The position numbers were made by a program, and so were the translations under genes. Below are positions 60,870-64,000 of a DNA stretch of 64,000 nucleotides, piece by piece. Origin of the DNA: the human T2T-CHM13v2.0 reference genome, Homo sapiens; the NCBI RefSeq assembly GCF_009914755.1, contig NC_060925.1. One strand, written 5' to 3'. A model generated the notes under the pieces. The model had not been told where the DNA came from and searched no databases. It saw only the letters and a program-made list of their open reading frames with translations. Each line of letters opens with the position of its first letter. The first letter of the stretch is position 1.

Positions 60870-62096
60870 ATACTACTTTAAAACGAAGTTTCACTTTTCT
60901 CATTTCTGGTCAAGTCCACTGATTGAAATCCTTGTGTGGTAAAGCAATGTGAGAAATCAGATAAAGATGGTGGGCTAATTGCATACAATCATCTGCTCTG
61001 CCTTCCTAATAGTAATAAAGGATCACAAAGGGATACAAAACCCACCACTGAGAGAATGGAAGGAAAATGTTACCAATAGAAAAAAACTGGAAGTGTGTTC
61101 AGGAGATAGAAAGCTGATGGAGGAGGATGGCAGGAACTACAAAATGCAAGCTGATGGAATGCCTCTGGGCACAGGGTTTCCAGAACTCTAGATAGAGGTT
61201 CAGGACTCTGAGACAGAGTGAGGTGTGAAGCAGAGAACTGAAATTGGATGTGGGTAGGGGTAATCCCACCCCTACACCAGAAGCCAGGTTTATAACATCT
61301 CCCCCACGCTGGAGGCTGGGGGTTTATTCTTGGGGGAAGAGGAGAAGCCCAGGGCTCAAGGATACTAAAACACAAGGCACGAGCCAGGCATGGAGCTGAA
61401 AATCATCTGTGAAAATCTACAAAAAGAAGGCTGAACCCCTAGCCCAGGTGCCCACCCACACATATACTACATTTTTACCCTAGGTTTGAAGATGGAGTGT
61501 TCCCCTCTGGAAAAATAATGAAACTTCTCTAGAGACCCCCACATAGTACTGTTTGAGAGACCTTTAAGGAAAGAACCAGGGAAGTCAGTTTACATTTCCC
61601 CTTCCTGCTACGAACCATTGCTCCTGGACCTCATCCTGTTAAGCTAGCACGTGCTTCAGAGTTGCAGCCATCTCAGCTTCTGCTCAGCCTCTGCAGCCAG
61701 TGTGCCACCTCTGCATGACCACATAGGCCACAGATCTGTGCAGAGTGAGCAAACGACTGGGTGGGGGCTGCATCAGCAGAAATCTGGTCTCCTGCACCCC
61801 TAGGTGCTGCACGTCCCTGAGGAAAGGGTGGAGGGCACAAGGGATCCAATACCATCTCTTCCTCATGGGGCCTTAGCTTCTTAAAGAGGATGCCAAGGAA
61901 GGGAGGGGGCGGAAGGAAGGAAGTCAAAGGGATCTTTACAAAAGGGCCAGCAGGTAAGGAAAGTGATCTAGGAACTGATCATAAAGATGTCATTGAGCCA
62001 GGCACTGAGGCTCAAAAAAAAACAAAAAAGGAGAAATGAAATCAAAGAGGCAACTCACGAGATAATGGAGCAGGCAAATGAAAAGAAGTGTGCTGA

Positions 62097-62416
<320 letters not shown>

Positions 62417-63296
62417 TCAAATGATGAGTTCCAGAAAGTTAGACTTGTTCCCAGCTGCCATCAAGCTAGAGCCTTTGTTGACCATTCTGTACACCAAGGG
62501 AGTTGTCTTTGTAAAACCGCAGAAGCCAACGTTGCCATCCTATGTTGCTATTTAAACCATAGAAAACCAGAACAGGAGCATTTTGGCATTTTTTTAAAAC
62601 TAGGAAGTATAAAAACTTAGAGAAAATAAAATTAATATCTAAATTTTAATATGTAGTGATCATTTTGGCTTTTCCTTTGGCCTAAGCGGATAAAGAAGAA
62701 ACTGTTAAAGATCTCTTATTCCTGAGTGAGGGGGAATGCATCTAATGACAAGAAATCATTGCTCATTATTTAAAAAGAGCTAGGTATATTTTGTCTTAGG
62801 ATCTTGATTTTTATTTTAATTATTTGTTTTGAGAAGAAGGCCATGGACCCTCCAATATATAGTAGGGTTTGGTTAAGGATGGAAACCCTGAGGGCAAGTC
62901 TCAGCAGATTCGCCCCATTTTATGTCACAGAAGCTCATATACAGAAATTCAGAGTACATTGATGAGGAGCAGTGGAATCCTGCATTGTGGTACAAGGTAA
63001 GATACTTGTAAATGCTGCATATAATCTCGGTTCTCTTTTGTAAAATACAAATGAAATACTATGCATCGTTTTTATATCAGAATAGAACAGGTTAATTTTC
63101 CTCTACATATCTGTTTGCATATTTCTTATGTATCCACTCTGCTTGTTTTCAATGTTCTTTTAAAATTTTTGTTGGGCTAAAAAGAGCCTTTTCTTTGGTA
63201 TCATCATAGCTACCATCATCTACAGCGAAACTGCATATCTAGTACTGGAAGTAATTCAACCAGCAATGTAGTAGGTAATATACAGGATAATGATCA

Positions 63297-63710
<414 letters not shown>

Positions 63711-64000
63711 TTATTGGACATCTTGTCTTCAATGTGAGAAAGGTACCTATTATAATTACACTTGAATTCATCATCATGAATATTTGAATTTTCAGGACAG
63801 CATAAAAAGTGGATTTGTTGATATGCAGAAAGGTGAATCTAGTTTTATAATCTACTGTAAATTATAAAATAGATTAAATGCCTGAATGTTTTCATCACAA
63901 GGTTGTGCTCTGAAAGCAATCAGTGTGCTTCTGCAGCTCTGCTCCTGCAAAGAGAGCAACCACATTTTCTGCTTTCATCTCCTTCCCAACTCTGCCCGAA

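Overview
This is primate (human or great-ape-like) nuclear DNA, mostly transposon-derived. It contains one intact protein-coding gene that the ORF track misses because it is spliced: CFAP144/FAM183A (+ strand). Its four coding exons are 52442-52574, 55252-55311, 57319-57422 and 60697-60804, giving 134 aa with all GT-AG introns in phase and AATAAA at 60864. Its CpG-rich promoter carries three identical RFX X-box-type 13-mers at an exact 24-bp period. The 52 kb upstream holds a full-length but mutated L1PA2/3-type LINE-1 with a TSD, a nested MaLR/LTR12/THE1 stack inside an old L1, several solo LTRs, about 20 Alus and DNA-transposon fossils. It also holds a decayed five-finger C2H2 zinc-finger remnant. 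I see no evidence of a wholly new biological system. The best leads are the X-box triplet, the zinc-finger and possible KRAB-exon fossils, a rearranged LTR13A fragment with a perfect hairpin, and a locally repeated ~200-bp module. Repeat subfamily names come from recalled consensus sequences, not from a database search, and borders of old repeats are approximate.
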